From the IMG/VR virus record IMGVR_UViG_3300002098_000021: a stretch of 33,248 bases of DNA; one strand, written 5' to 3'. Below are positions 22,358-30,239 of the stretch, piece after piece. The notes beneath the pieces were generated by a model. It was not told the origin of the DNA. It searched no databases and worked only from the letters and a program-made list of their open reading frames with translations. Origin of the DNA: a virus. How positions within the stretch are numbered: the first letter of the stretch is position 1; each line of letters begins with the position of its first letter. Both the position numbers and the translations under genes were made by a program.

Positions 22358-23245
22358 ATGACTCCTTATCAACAGTATAAAAAAGGCGTAGATTTACTTC
22401 ATTTAGGACATTACCAAGCAGGATTCAGGCTTTATGAATTCCGTTGGCATCCTCTCGTTTTGCAATCTACAGGCGAAAGATGGGATAAATGGGTAACAGC
22501 TCCAAAATGGAATGGCGAACGGCTTATCGACAAGCATATAGTCGTTCAAATGGAGCAAGGATTTGGCGATATTATTCAATTTTGCCGATTTCTCCCAATG
22601 CTTAAAGCTTGGGGAGCTAAGAAACTTACAGTAATGACTCATAAATCCCTTATGCAATTAATAGGGCAAATGGATTGCATTGATGTAATTACTGATGACA
22701 GAAGCAAGGATATAGAAGCGGATTATTGGATTGGCTCTATGTCGTTGCCTCATTTTGCTAGTTATGCTCCTCCATTCGTAAAGCAATCATTTCCAATTAC
22801 CAATAAGCGTATTGTTGGCTCAGAAGGCTATTTAGATGCTGTTTCTAGTGGGATTGAGCGCAAAGTAGGTGTAAATTGGTCAGCTTCTACAGGGCCATTG
22901 CACTATGTAAAGTCTATTCCACTCAATATCATGCGAGATTTAGTGGGAGATGATGTTTATTCAATTCATCTTCAAACAGACGATGTATTCGACACTTTGC
23001 CTAATGATGGCTGGAAGCAAGACTTCTATAAGACTGCTTGCCACATGAAAGCAATGAAAGCAGTAGTAACTCCTGATACTGCAACAGCTCATTTAGCTGG
23101 AGCATTAGGCGTTAAATGCTTTTTATTACTTCCTGATGACCCTTTTATTTGTTGGCGTTGGAAAAATGCCACATGGTATGACTCAGTAGTAACCCTTAGA
23201 AAAGATGAATGGCATTTATTACCTAGCTTATTGGAGGAACTATGA
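22358..23245 (+). CDS. Glycosyltransferase, GT-B fold, family 9 (heptosyltransferase)-like
   Basis: VVQMEQGFGDIIQFCRFLPMLKAWGA and TPDTATAHLAGALGVKCFLLLP...WRW...WYDSV match the GT9-like domain often found fused to TPR repeats. Confidence 0.65.
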   Translation: MTPYQQYKKGVDLLHLGHYQAGFRLYEFRWHPLVLQSTGERWDKWVTAPKWNGERLIDKHIVVQMEQGFGDIIQFCRFLPMLKAWGAKKLTVMTHKSLMQLIGQMDCIDVITDDRSKDIEADYWIGSMSLPHFASYAPPFVKQSFPITNKRIVGSEGYLDAVSSGIERKVGVNWSASTGPLHYVKSIPLNIMRDLVGDDVYSIHLQTDDVFDTLPNDGWKQDFYKTACHMKAMKAVVTPDTATAHLAGALGVKCFLLLPDDPFICWRWKNATWYDSVVTLRKDEWHLLPSLLEEL

Positions 23246-23613
23246 TTTGCCCTAAATGTGGATATACAGAAGGAAACCATGTAGAAGCTAAAAAGTCCGA
23301 TAAAGACTTTTATTTGGAGTTTTGGGGATATACCCTAGGAAGCCCTGAAGCTGAGCAAGCATGGAAAGAAAAGCAAGAGATGACCCATCGTGAAGCTCCT
23401 ATGGTTATGAGCGATATTGAAGGTTATATCTCACAAGTTGATGGCTCATGGATTAAAAGCCGTAGCCACCATAGAAATCATCTAAAAGAACACAGGATGA
23501 TTGAATTAGGTAATGATGTACCAACGCAGCATAAGAAAATAGAAGTTAGCAGAAAGTCTAATGAAGCTAGAAAGCAACAAATAGCTGAATTGGCTTATGC
23601 AAAACTACGATAA
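23242..23613 (+). CDS. Hypothetical protein with an N-terminal CxxC (123 aa)
   Basis: ATGA overlap with the glycosyltransferase gene. MICPKCGY is present. No confident family assignment. Confidence 0.5.
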   Translation: MICPKCGYTEGNHVEAKKSDKDFYLEFWGYTLGSPEAEQAWKEKQEMTHREAPMVMSDIEGYISQVDGSWIKSRSHHRNHLKEHRMIELGNDVPTQHKKIEVSRKSNEARKQQIAELAYAKLR

Positions 23614-23636
23614 ATCCGATACCTTGGAGAATTAAA

Positions 23637-24680
23637 ATGGCAGATTTAGACCGGAGAGCAGCACTAGAAGCAGCTTTGGATGCAGCAGAAGATGGCAAAT
23701 TAGAAGTCCCTGAAGAAGTGGAAATCGAAGTTGCTCCAGTTGATGACATAGCAAAAGAAGCTCGTACTGAACCAACTGAGGAATTAGAACCAGTTGAGAT
23801 GCAGACCGAAGAACATGAAGAAGAACCTGAACAAGTTGAGGAAAAACCAGCTTTAGCTCGCCCTTCTACATGGAAAAAGGAATATCTACCTATTTGGGAT
23901 AAGCTGACTTCCGGTGGTGAATTGACCAAAGAAGAAGCCTTAAAATTGGCTGAATACTCAAATCAAAGAGAGTCAGAATACAAGAAAGGCGTTAGCACTT
24001 ATAAGGCTGAAGCCGATAGAGCTAGGGCGTTAGAGGAAGCTATTGCTCCTTTTATTCCTGAACTACAAGCTCAAAATATTAGCCCTTCTGCATGGATTAA
24101 TAATCTAGGTAGAGCGCACATGATTTTGACAAAAGCTCCTTATCAAGAAAAAGTGCAAATGTTCCAACGACTTGCACAAGATTATGGTATACAATTTAAT
24201 CAAGATGAAGTTGCTCAACCACAGCAGCTAGACCCTTACACTCAACAACTAATGAACCAGTTAAACATGGTAAATCAGGAAGTTTCGACTATCAAAGGTC
24301 GGTTTGCCCAAGAGGAAAACCAACGCTTAATGGGAGAAATTGAGAGGGTTCGTAGCAATGTGGAAAAGTTCCCTCATTTTGATGTGGTAAGGGAAGAAAT
24401 GGCTCAATTACTTGAGTTAGGGAAAGCCCAAGACCTAGAAACGGCTTATGCCAAAGCTGTAAGACTTAACGATGATGTATGGGAATTAGAAAAGGAACGA
24501 CTCCTTAAAACTGGTTCTCAACAAGCCTCGAAAGCACAGCAAGTAGCTAAAGCTAAGGCTGCAGCAGTTAGTCCTCGTTCCGTTACACCTAGCGGAAAAG
24601 TGAGTGATGGCTCAGATAAAAAGGATAGGCGGTCTATCATTGCCGACCAACTTGGTGAAGCAATGAGCCGTAGGGTTTAA
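23637..24680 (+). CDS. Scaffolding protein (putative)
   Basis: Located immediately upstream of the major capsid gene. It has a highly acidic N-terminus, a long helical Q/E/K-rich body and a basic C-terminus. Confidence 0.6.
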   Translation: MADLDRRAALEAALDAAEDGKLEVPEEVEIEVAPVDDIAKEARTEPTEELEPVEMQTEEHEEEPEQVEEKPALARPSTWKKEYLPIWDKLTSGGELTKEEALKLAEYSNQRESEYKKGVSTYKAEADRARALEEAIAPFIPELQAQNISPSAWINNLGRAHMILTKAPYQEKVQMFQRLAQDYGIQFNQDEVAQPQQLDPYTQQLMNQLNMVNQEVSTIKGRFAQEENQRLMGEIERVRSNVEKFPHFDVVREEMAQLLELGKAQDLETAYAKAVRLNDDVWELEKERLLKTGSQQASKAQQVAKAKAAAVSPRSVTPSGKVSDGSDKKDRRSIIADQLGEAMSRRV

Positions 24681-24703
24681 CTTAATTTAATAAAGGAAAT
24701 ATC

Positions 24704-25690
24704 ATGGCTTTCGCTAACTCAGCTATTACCGATATTATCGCAACGACTATTCAAAGCCGTAGCGGTGAATTGGCAGACAACTTAACACAAAACAATGCAA
24801 TTCTTCAACGCTTGAACCAAAAAGGCAATATTCGCCCTTTCTCAGGTGGTAATGTAATTCTTGAAGAAATCATGTATAACGACCCAAATACAAATAACGC
24901 TAACTCTTATAGCGGATATGAAGTATTGAACATCGCTCCTGATAGCCCTATTTCTGCAGCTCAATACAAAATCGCTCAGTACGCAGACAGCGTAACAATG
25001 AGTGGTCTTGAAATGTTGCAAAACTCAGGCAAAGAAGCAATCATCGACTTGCTCGATGGTCGTATGCAAGTTTCTGAAGCTCGCTTATTGAATCGTATCT
25101 CCGGTGACTTGTTCCTTGATGGTACAGGCAATGGCGGTAAGAACCTTGACGGCTTGGGAGCTGCAGTTTCAGCTTCTCCTACAACTGGTACTTATGGTGG
25201 TATTAATCGTGCTAACTGGACTTTTTGGCAAAACCAAATCACTACAGGCGTGACTACTACTCCTGCTACAACTAACATCCTTGCTAAGATGACTGAAGCT
25301 GCTATCAAGCAGATTCGTGGTACTGACAAGGCTGACTTGATTGTTGCTGGTAACACAATGTATCAACTTTATGTAAACGCTTTGCAGTCTATTCAGCGTA
25401 TTGCTTCTGAAGAATCCGGTGCTTCTGGTTTCGCTTCATTGAAGTTCTATGGTGGTGGTACTTCTGCTGATGTGGTATTAGGTGGTGGTTATGGTTCACA
25501 AGAGACAGCTACATATATGTATCTCTTGAACACTAACTACATTTTCCTACGCCCACACAAAGAGCGTAACTTTGTACCTATCGGTGGCGAGCGTCAATCT
25601 ATCAACCAAGATGCAATCGTAAAATTGTATGGATGGGCTGGTAACTTGACTACTTCTAACAGCTTCCTACAAGGCTTGCTGACAACCTAA
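24704..25690 (+). CDS. Major capsid protein (HK97-fold expected)
   Basis: 328 aa with a strong AAAGGAAA RBS, located after the scaffold gene. Hairpins follow it. Composition and size are typical of podovirus major capsid proteins. Confidence 0.75.
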   Translation: MAFANSAITDIIATTIQSRSGELADNLTQNNAILQRLNQKGNIRPFSGGNVILEEIMYNDPNTNNANSYSGYEVLNIAPDSPISAAQYKIAQYADSVTMSGLEMLQNSGKEAIIDLLDGRMQVSEARLLNRISGDLFLDGTGNGGKNLDGLGAAVSASPTTGTYGGINRANWTFWQNQITTGVTTTPATTNILAKMTEAAIKQIRGTDKADLIVAGNTMYQLYVNALQSIQRIASEESGASGFASLKFYGGGTSADVVLGGGYGSQETATYMYLLNTNYIFLRPHKERNFVPIGGERQSINQDAIVKLYGWAGNLTTSNSFLQGLLTT

Positions 25691-25696
25691 TAGATT

Positions 25697-25717
25697 GGGC
25701 GAAAGCCCTTTCTATTT
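25697..25717 (+). terminator. Weak hairpin with a T-rich tail after the capsid gene
   Basis: gggc-gaaa-gccc followed by tttctattt. The stem is only 4 bp, so at best it is an attenuator. Confidence 0.3.
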
Positions 25718-25749
25718 AATTGTCCATTTAATATATAAAGGAAATAATC

Positions 25750-26058
25750 ATGGCATATACCACTCTCCCTATCGCTGGCGTAAATTTGAATTCAATTACT
25801 CCATCCGATTTTGTTTACACTAACGGCTCTACAGTTGAAAACATCCCTGCTTTTGGCCCAATCGGTGCAGAAACTTTTGCCTCTGATGGCAAGCGTTATG
25901 TATTCGCTCAAGCTGCAGCTACGATTCCTGCTGGTACTACAGTTTGCACAGTTAATGCAACCACTTTCCAAGTGACTGCAACTGGTGGCTCTTATGTATC
26001 TCCTGCTGAATCAATGGTTTCAGGTGATTACGGCTGGTTTGGCGTAGCTTCTGTATAA
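25750..26058 (+). CDS. Small capsid-associated (decoration-like) protein
   Basis: 102 aa and beta-rich, directly after the capsid gene and ahead of a strong terminator. The C-terminal GDYGWFGVASV resembles small head proteins of other phages as I remember them. Confidence 0.4.
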   Translation: MAYTTLPIAGVNLNSITPSDFVYTNGSTVENIPAFGPIGAETFASDGKRYVFAQAAATIPAGTTVCTVNATTFQVTATGGSYVSPAESMVSGDYGWFGVASV

Positions 26059-26080
26059 ATTGAAGTTTTTGTAGTACCCT

Positions 26081-26117
26081 AGGGAGTCCCTTAAAGAAGG
26101 ACTCCCTTTTTCTTTTT
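26081..26117 (+). terminator. Rho-independent terminator
   Basis: A 9-bp stem (agggagtcc / ggactccct), a 9-nt loop, then ttttcttttt. Confidence 0.8.
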
Positions 26118-26146
26118 AACAACCTAACTACTTAGGAGCATTAAAA

Positions 26147-26800
26147 ATGGCTATTGATAGCGATATGCAAGGTGCTGATGCACGATTAGCAGTTCAGTTT
26201 TACAAGCGGTCTATTAAGCAAGAAGATGAAACTATTGCTGCTGGCAGACCAATATTTAAAGAGTTCGATTTTGTCAAAATCATGGTTCCGGGCGATGCCC
26301 TTACCGAAATTGATACTTATGCCAACGAATCCCATAAACAGCGTTTTCCTCGTCAATGGGCGCATTATCAGAATCAAGTAGGAGACCATAATGACTTTAT
26401 TGGCACTCCCTTAGAACAATGGACTCAAATTACTCGTTCTCAAGCTGAAGAATTGCGTGGATTGAAGTTTCCAACTGTAGAATCTATTGCAAATGCCTCA
26501 GATTTACAGCTTCAGCGCATTGGTATGGCAGCAGGTATGTCTCCTGTAGCCTTTAGAGATAAAGCTAAAGCGTTCCTTAATTTAGCTACAGAAGTTGGCA
26601 ATATAAACCAGCGTGAAGCAGAGCTAGAAAAGCTCCGACAAGAAAACGCTGCTATTAAAGCTGCTTCCGAAGCTCAAATGGCTAAACAACAAGCTCAAAT
26701 TGATGCTCTTATGTCAATGATGGCTGAAAAAAAGCCTAAAGGTCGTAAACCTAAACAAGTAACAGAAGATTTTTCTCCTAGAGAAGAAGTAGCTGAATAA
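26147..26800 (+). CDS. Conserved-looking structural-module protein with an HhH-like segment and a Lys-rich tail (217 aa)
   Basis: RSQAEELRGLKFPTVESIANASDLQLQRIGMAAGMSP looks like a helix-hairpin-helix. It is followed by a coiled coil and then KKPKGRKPKQ. Confidence 0.5.
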   Translation: MAIDSDMQGADARLAVQFYKRSIKQEDETIAAGRPIFKEFDFVKIMVPGDALTEIDTYANESHKQRFPRQWAHYQNQVGDHNDFIGTPLEQWTQITRSQAEELRGLKFPTVESIANASDLQLQRIGMAAGMSPVAFRDKAKAFLNLATEVGNINQREAELEKLRQENAAIKAASEAQMAKQQAQIDALMSMMAEKKPKGRKPKQVTEDFSPREEVAE

Positions 26801-26827
26801 AAAAGGGGAGAGAAATCTCCCTTTTTT
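26801..26827. terminator. Rho-independent terminator, potentially bidirectional
   Basis: aaaag-gggaga-gaaa-tctccc-tttttt. This gives a 6-bp GC-rich stem, extendable through A-T pairs, with a GAAA tetraloop, an A-tract upstream and a T-tract downstream. Confidence 0.8.
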
Positions 26828-26889
26828 GTATATAATTCCTTAACATACTCTAATTACTTGGAGTGCAATCTTCAAAGTAAAGGGAAACT

Positions 26890-27801
26890 ATGTCCTCAAC
26901 AATGCTCCAAATGGTTCAGCAGATTACAGCAGAGCTGAATTTGGCTGTTCCAACCTATGTAGCAGGTAATCCTTCTCAGGATGTGCAGCAAGTTTTAGCA
27001 CTCCTCAATGGTCAAGGTTACGACCTAATTAAAGAATATGATTGGCAAGCCCTTCAAGTCCAGTATCGCTTTTATACCCAAGCAATTACGACTAACGCAA
27101 CTAGCGTAAATGGCTCTACAGTCCTTGTGGTAGATAGCGGAACAGATATTAGTCAAGTGGACTCTCAATGGGGAATTACTGGCTATGATATTAATCAAGA
27201 TACTAATGTTGTAACAGCCGATAACACTACCAAAATTATTACTATGAGCCAAATGGCTTCAGGAAGTGGCAATGGAAGCGTTGTTTTAGCTCAAATGGCT
27301 TATGATTTACCAGACGATTTCTTGTCAATTACCGATAGAACTCAATGGGATAAGACTAAGCATTGGGAAGCTTTAGGGCCTGAAGATGCTCAGCAATGGC
27401 AATGGCTTAAATCCGGTTATATTTCAACTGGGCCTCGTATACGCTGGCGTATTTTGGATAATCAGTTCCAAATATGGCCTCCAATGAATACTCAAGAGTA
27501 TTTAGGATGGGAGTATCGTTCAAGAGGATTCGCTAGAGGAGCTGATGGCTCTGTTAAAAACAGCTTTACTCAAGATTCTGATACGACTGTATTGGATGAC
27601 CGAGTTTTTGTTCAAGGAACTAAACTCAAGTATTGGTCAATTAAAGGCTTTGATACGACTACTTTATTGCAAGAATATCAACGCTATTTATCAGTTGCAA
27701 AAGCTGAAGATAAAGGTTCTCCTAACCTGTCATTCGCTCCTTATCCATCTAAAGTCCTTATTGGATGGGCTAATATTCCTGATACAGGCTATGGTTCATG
27801 A
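26890..27801 (+). CDS. Putative head-tail adaptor / tail tubular protein A-like
   Basis: Assigned by position (first gene after the head genes), size, and overlap with the large hub-like gene. No diagnostic motif. Confidence 0.35.
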   Translation: MSSTMLQMVQQITAELNLAVPTYVAGNPSQDVQQVLALLNGQGYDLIKEYDWQALQVQYRFYTQAITTNATSVNGSTVLVVDSGTDISQVDSQWGITGYDINQDTNVVTADNTTKIITMSQMASGSGNGSVVLAQMAYDLPDDFLSITDRTQWDKTKHWEALGPEDAQQWQWLKSGYISTGPRIRWRILDNQFQIWPPMNTQEYLGWEYRSRGFARGADGSVKNSFTQDSDTTVLDDRVFVQGTKLKYWSIKGFDTTTLLQEYQRYLSVAKAEDKGSPNLSFAPYPSKVLIGWANIPDTGYGS

Positions 27802-29807
27802 TATTCGGTCAAGCTAAGCAAAATACAGCAACTACATCATCAATTCCTTCTCCCATTGGAGGCTGGAATGGTAGGGATTCATTAGCAAATATGAGTCCAA
27901 CTGATGCCGTTCAGCTTATTAATTGGTATCCGACTCCAACTGATGTAACAATGCGTAAGGGTTATACAGTAGTTTCCGTTTTAACGACTTCTACTGGCGT
28001 TCAAACCATTTCTAGCATTACTCATGTAGATAGCTTAGCTACTTTAACGACTGCTTCTGCTCATGGATTGTCTACTGGAGCTTATGTTTCTATTACCGGA
28101 ACAACTCCAGCAGCCTATAGTGGAGTATTCAAAATAACAGTAATAAGCCCTACAAAATTCACTTATACGACTATTACTACGCCTTCAGGCAATGCAACAG
28201 TTGTAGGAACTTACTTAAATCAGCTTAAAACGCCAATTAATACTTTGATGAATTACACAAAGACGGCTGGCGGATATAGTCTTTTTGCTGCTGCTGGTAC
28301 TGATATATGGGATGCTAAGCCTAATCCAGCCGTTAAAGTCTTTTCCGGAATTACTAGCGATAAATTTCAATCGGTCAATATTACTAATACAGGTGGTCAT
28401 TTTTTAGTAGCTTGTAATGGTGTAGACCCTACGCTTATTTATGATGGCACTCAATGGTTTAAAGTAGCTACGACTGCTACTGCTCAAACAATAAGCAGTA
28501 TTACTCATGTAGGAACATTAGCTACTCTTACAACTTCATCTCCTCATGGGCTAATTACTGGCAATAGAGTGACTATTTCAGGTGCTACAGCAAGTGACTA
28601 TAACGGCACTTATGTCATTACAGTAACAAGCCCAAGCGTATTCAAATACACAATGACTACAACTCCTGCTGCTGATGCGACAGTTGTTGGTACATATAGC
28701 GTTATTGGAATTACAGGAGTAGATTCCAGCCGTTTTATCAATGTCAATTTGTTTAAAAATCGTCTTTATTTCACAGAAAAAGAGACTTTGACTTGCTGGT
28801 TTTTGGATGTAAATTCTATTGGTGGTGCTGCTTCTCCTCTTTATTTTGGCGGAATTGCTCGTAATTCAGGCTATTTACAGGCTATGGGAACATGGACTTT
28901 AGATGCTGGACAAGGTGCAGATGATTACGCAGTATGGATTACCTCGATGGGTGAGACCATCGTATATAACGGAACAGACCCTACAGACCCTTTAAATTGG
29001 GCTTTAAAAGGCGTTTGGCAATTAGGGCAGACATTCAATCGCAGATGCTTTTTTAAATGGGCTGGAGACCTTCTATTGCTTACTCAAGATGGTCTAGTTC
29101 CTTTGTCTTCTGCATTGCAATCTAGTCGTTTAGACCCTAGGGTAAACCTTACAGATAAGATTTATTACCCAATTAGCCAAGCAGCAACGACTTATTTTGA
29201 TAATTTTGGCTGGCAAATCAATTATTTTGCCTCTGAAAATATGTTGATTTTAAACATTCCAATTACTAATGGAATGGAACAATATGTAATGCACACCATT
29301 ACTAAGTCATGGGCTAGATTTACTAATATTCAAGCTTATTGTTGGGAAGTATCAGGAGATGCCGATATGCACTTTGGCAGCGATGGAGTTGTTGGAACTT
29401 TCTTTACTTCTCTTTCTGATGACGGAAATAACATTACTGCTGCAGCGCAACAGGCTTATAGTTATTTTGATGCTCCGGGCCAATTAAAGCGTTTTACGAT
29501 GGTTCGCCCTACACTTCAATCTTCAGGTGGCGTTCCTAATGTTTATTGTGGTTTAAGTACCGATTTTGATACACAAATTAACCTTGGTCAGGTCTCATTT
29601 AATCCTAATGCTGGCAATGATGGCGTATGGGATATAGCTAAATGGGATAAAAACAAGTGGGTAGGTGGATTAACTACTACTAAGATTTGGCAAGGCGTTA
29701 CTGGAATTGGCTTTACAGGCTCGATTAATCTAAATGTGGCATCTCGTAACATTGAGCTACATTGGGCTTCTACTGATTACATCATGGAGCGTGGAGGAGT
29801 AATTTAA
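27798..29807 (+). CDS. Putative tail hub / nozzle (tail tubular B-like) protein carrying two inserted 72-aa repeat domains
   Basis: 669 aa and beta-rich. Its position parallels podovirus gp12/gp10-type proteins. It contains an internal duplication, listed separately. Confidence 0.45.
   Translation: MIFGQAKQNTATTSSIPSPIGGWNGRDSLANMSPTDAVQLINWYPTPTDVTMRKGYTVVSVLTTSTGVQTISSITHVDSLATLTTASAHGLSTGAYVSITGTTPAAYSGVFKITVISPTKFTYTTITTPSGNATVVGTYLNQLKTPINTLMNYTKTAGGYSLFAAAGTDIWDAKPNPAVKVFSGITSDKFQSVNITNTGGHFLVACNGVDPTLIYDGTQWFKVATTATAQTISSITHVGTLATLTTSSPHGLITGNRVTISGATASDYNGTYVITVTSPSVFKYTMTTTPAADATVVGTYSVIGITGVDSSRFINVNLFKNRLYFTEKETLTCWFLDVNSIGGAASPLYFGGIARNSGYLQAMGTWTLDAGQGADDYAVWITSMGETIVYNGTDPTDPLNWALKGVWQLGQTFNRRCFFKWAGDLLLLTQDGLVPLSSALQSSRLDPRVNLTDKIYYPISQAATTYFDNFGWQINYFASENMLILNIPITNGMEQYVMHTITKSWARFTNIQAYCWEVSGDADMHFGSDGVVGTFFTSLSDDGNNITAAAQQAYSYFDAPGQLKRFTMVRPTLQSSGGVPNVYCGLSTDFDTQINLGQVSFNPNAGNDGVWDIAKWDKNKWVGGLTTTKIWQGVTGIGFTGSINLNVASRNIELHWASTDYIMERGGVI
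27999..28214 (+). repeat. Intragenic domain repeat, copy 1 (aa 68-139)
   Basis: VQTISSITHVDSLATLTTASAHGLSTGAYVSITGTTPAAYSGVFKITVISPTKFTYTTITTPSGNATVVGTY. Confidence 0.85.
28482..28697 (+). repeat. Intragenic domain repeat, copy 2 (aa 229-300)
   Basis: AQTISSITHVGTLATLTTSSPHGLITGNRVTISGATASDYNGTYVITVTSPSVFKYTMTTTPAADATVVGTY. It aligns with copy 1 without gaps. Confidence 0.85.
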
Positions 29808-30238
29808 TGCGAAAAGTGGTTACTGAGAATCAGGAGCATTTAAGAGCATGGATTACAGGAGTTTTAGGTATTAAATTTGATGCAAATACGATGTGTATTG
29901 GGCAAGAAATTGATGGAGAAATTGGAGCTGTAGTAGCTTACACCAATATTCAAGACAATTCATGCGCTATGCACCAAGCAGCAATAGTACCGAATTGGAT
30001 TAGTAAAGACCTATTATGGGCGTGTTTCGATTATCCCTTTAATACATTGAAAGTTAAGGTTATACTAGCTGCAGTTTCCTCCAATAACGAGGAAGCATTG
30101 AAGTTAGACCGACACCTTGGTTTCATAGATAAAGCGTATATCGAAGATGCTCATACAGATGGGGATTTAGTTATATTAGCAATGAGGCGTGAAAATTGTC
30201 GATGGCTCGACTTGAAAACGCCTCTCAAAGGAGAATGA
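29807..30238 (+). CDS. GNAT-fold acetyltransferase-like protein (RimJ/RimL-type pattern)
   Basis: FNTLKVKVILAAVSSNNEEALKLDRHLGFIDKAYIEDAHTDGDLVILAMRRE mirrors the Acetyltransf_3 pattern (l.r..a.v...N..a..l..klGF..eg......g...D.....m.r). No clear RxxGxG motif is present. Confidence 0.45.
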   Translation: MRKVVTENQEHLRAWITGVLGIKFDANTMCIGQEIDGEIGAVVAYTNIQDNSCAMHQAAIVPNWISKDLLWACFDYPFNTLKVKVILAAVSSNNEEALKLDRHLGFIDKAYIEDAHTDGDLVILAMRRENCRWLDLKTPLKGE

Positions 30239-30239
30239 T

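Noticed and set aside
26831-26836. A perfect TATAAT after the second terminator, considered as a late promoter for the tail genes.
   Set aside because: No acceptable -35 lies at 16-18 bp, because that region is the terminator stem. The TG lies 2 nt upstream of the hexamer rather than the 1 nt of the extended -10 consensus. It is mentioned under the terminator finding but not called as a feature.
650-28400. All antisense ORFs of 60-123 aa in the track. Examples are 650-883, 4268-4639, 5101-5316, 5665-5877, 10917-11132, 11375-11935, 12511-12780, 14419-14610, 15177-15359, 16154-16447, 17221-17505, 18747-20112, 20795-21808, 22403-22657, 23089-23929, 25169-25366, 26186-26389, 27025-27252 and 28215-28400.
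   Set aside because: Each lies wholly opposite a well-supported sense gene. Each has an odd Cys/Ser/Leu-rich or low-complexity composition and no RBS, and would disrupt the single-orientation operon structure.
27999-28697. Considered whether the two 216-bp repeat copies in the hub-like gene form a diversity-generating retroelement template/variable pair.
   Set aside because: No reverse transcriptase (YxDD) ORF exists anywhere in the genome. The copies are only moderately similar at the DNA level, and substitutions involve all four bases rather than adenine-specific changes. Both copies are also in-frame parts of one protein.
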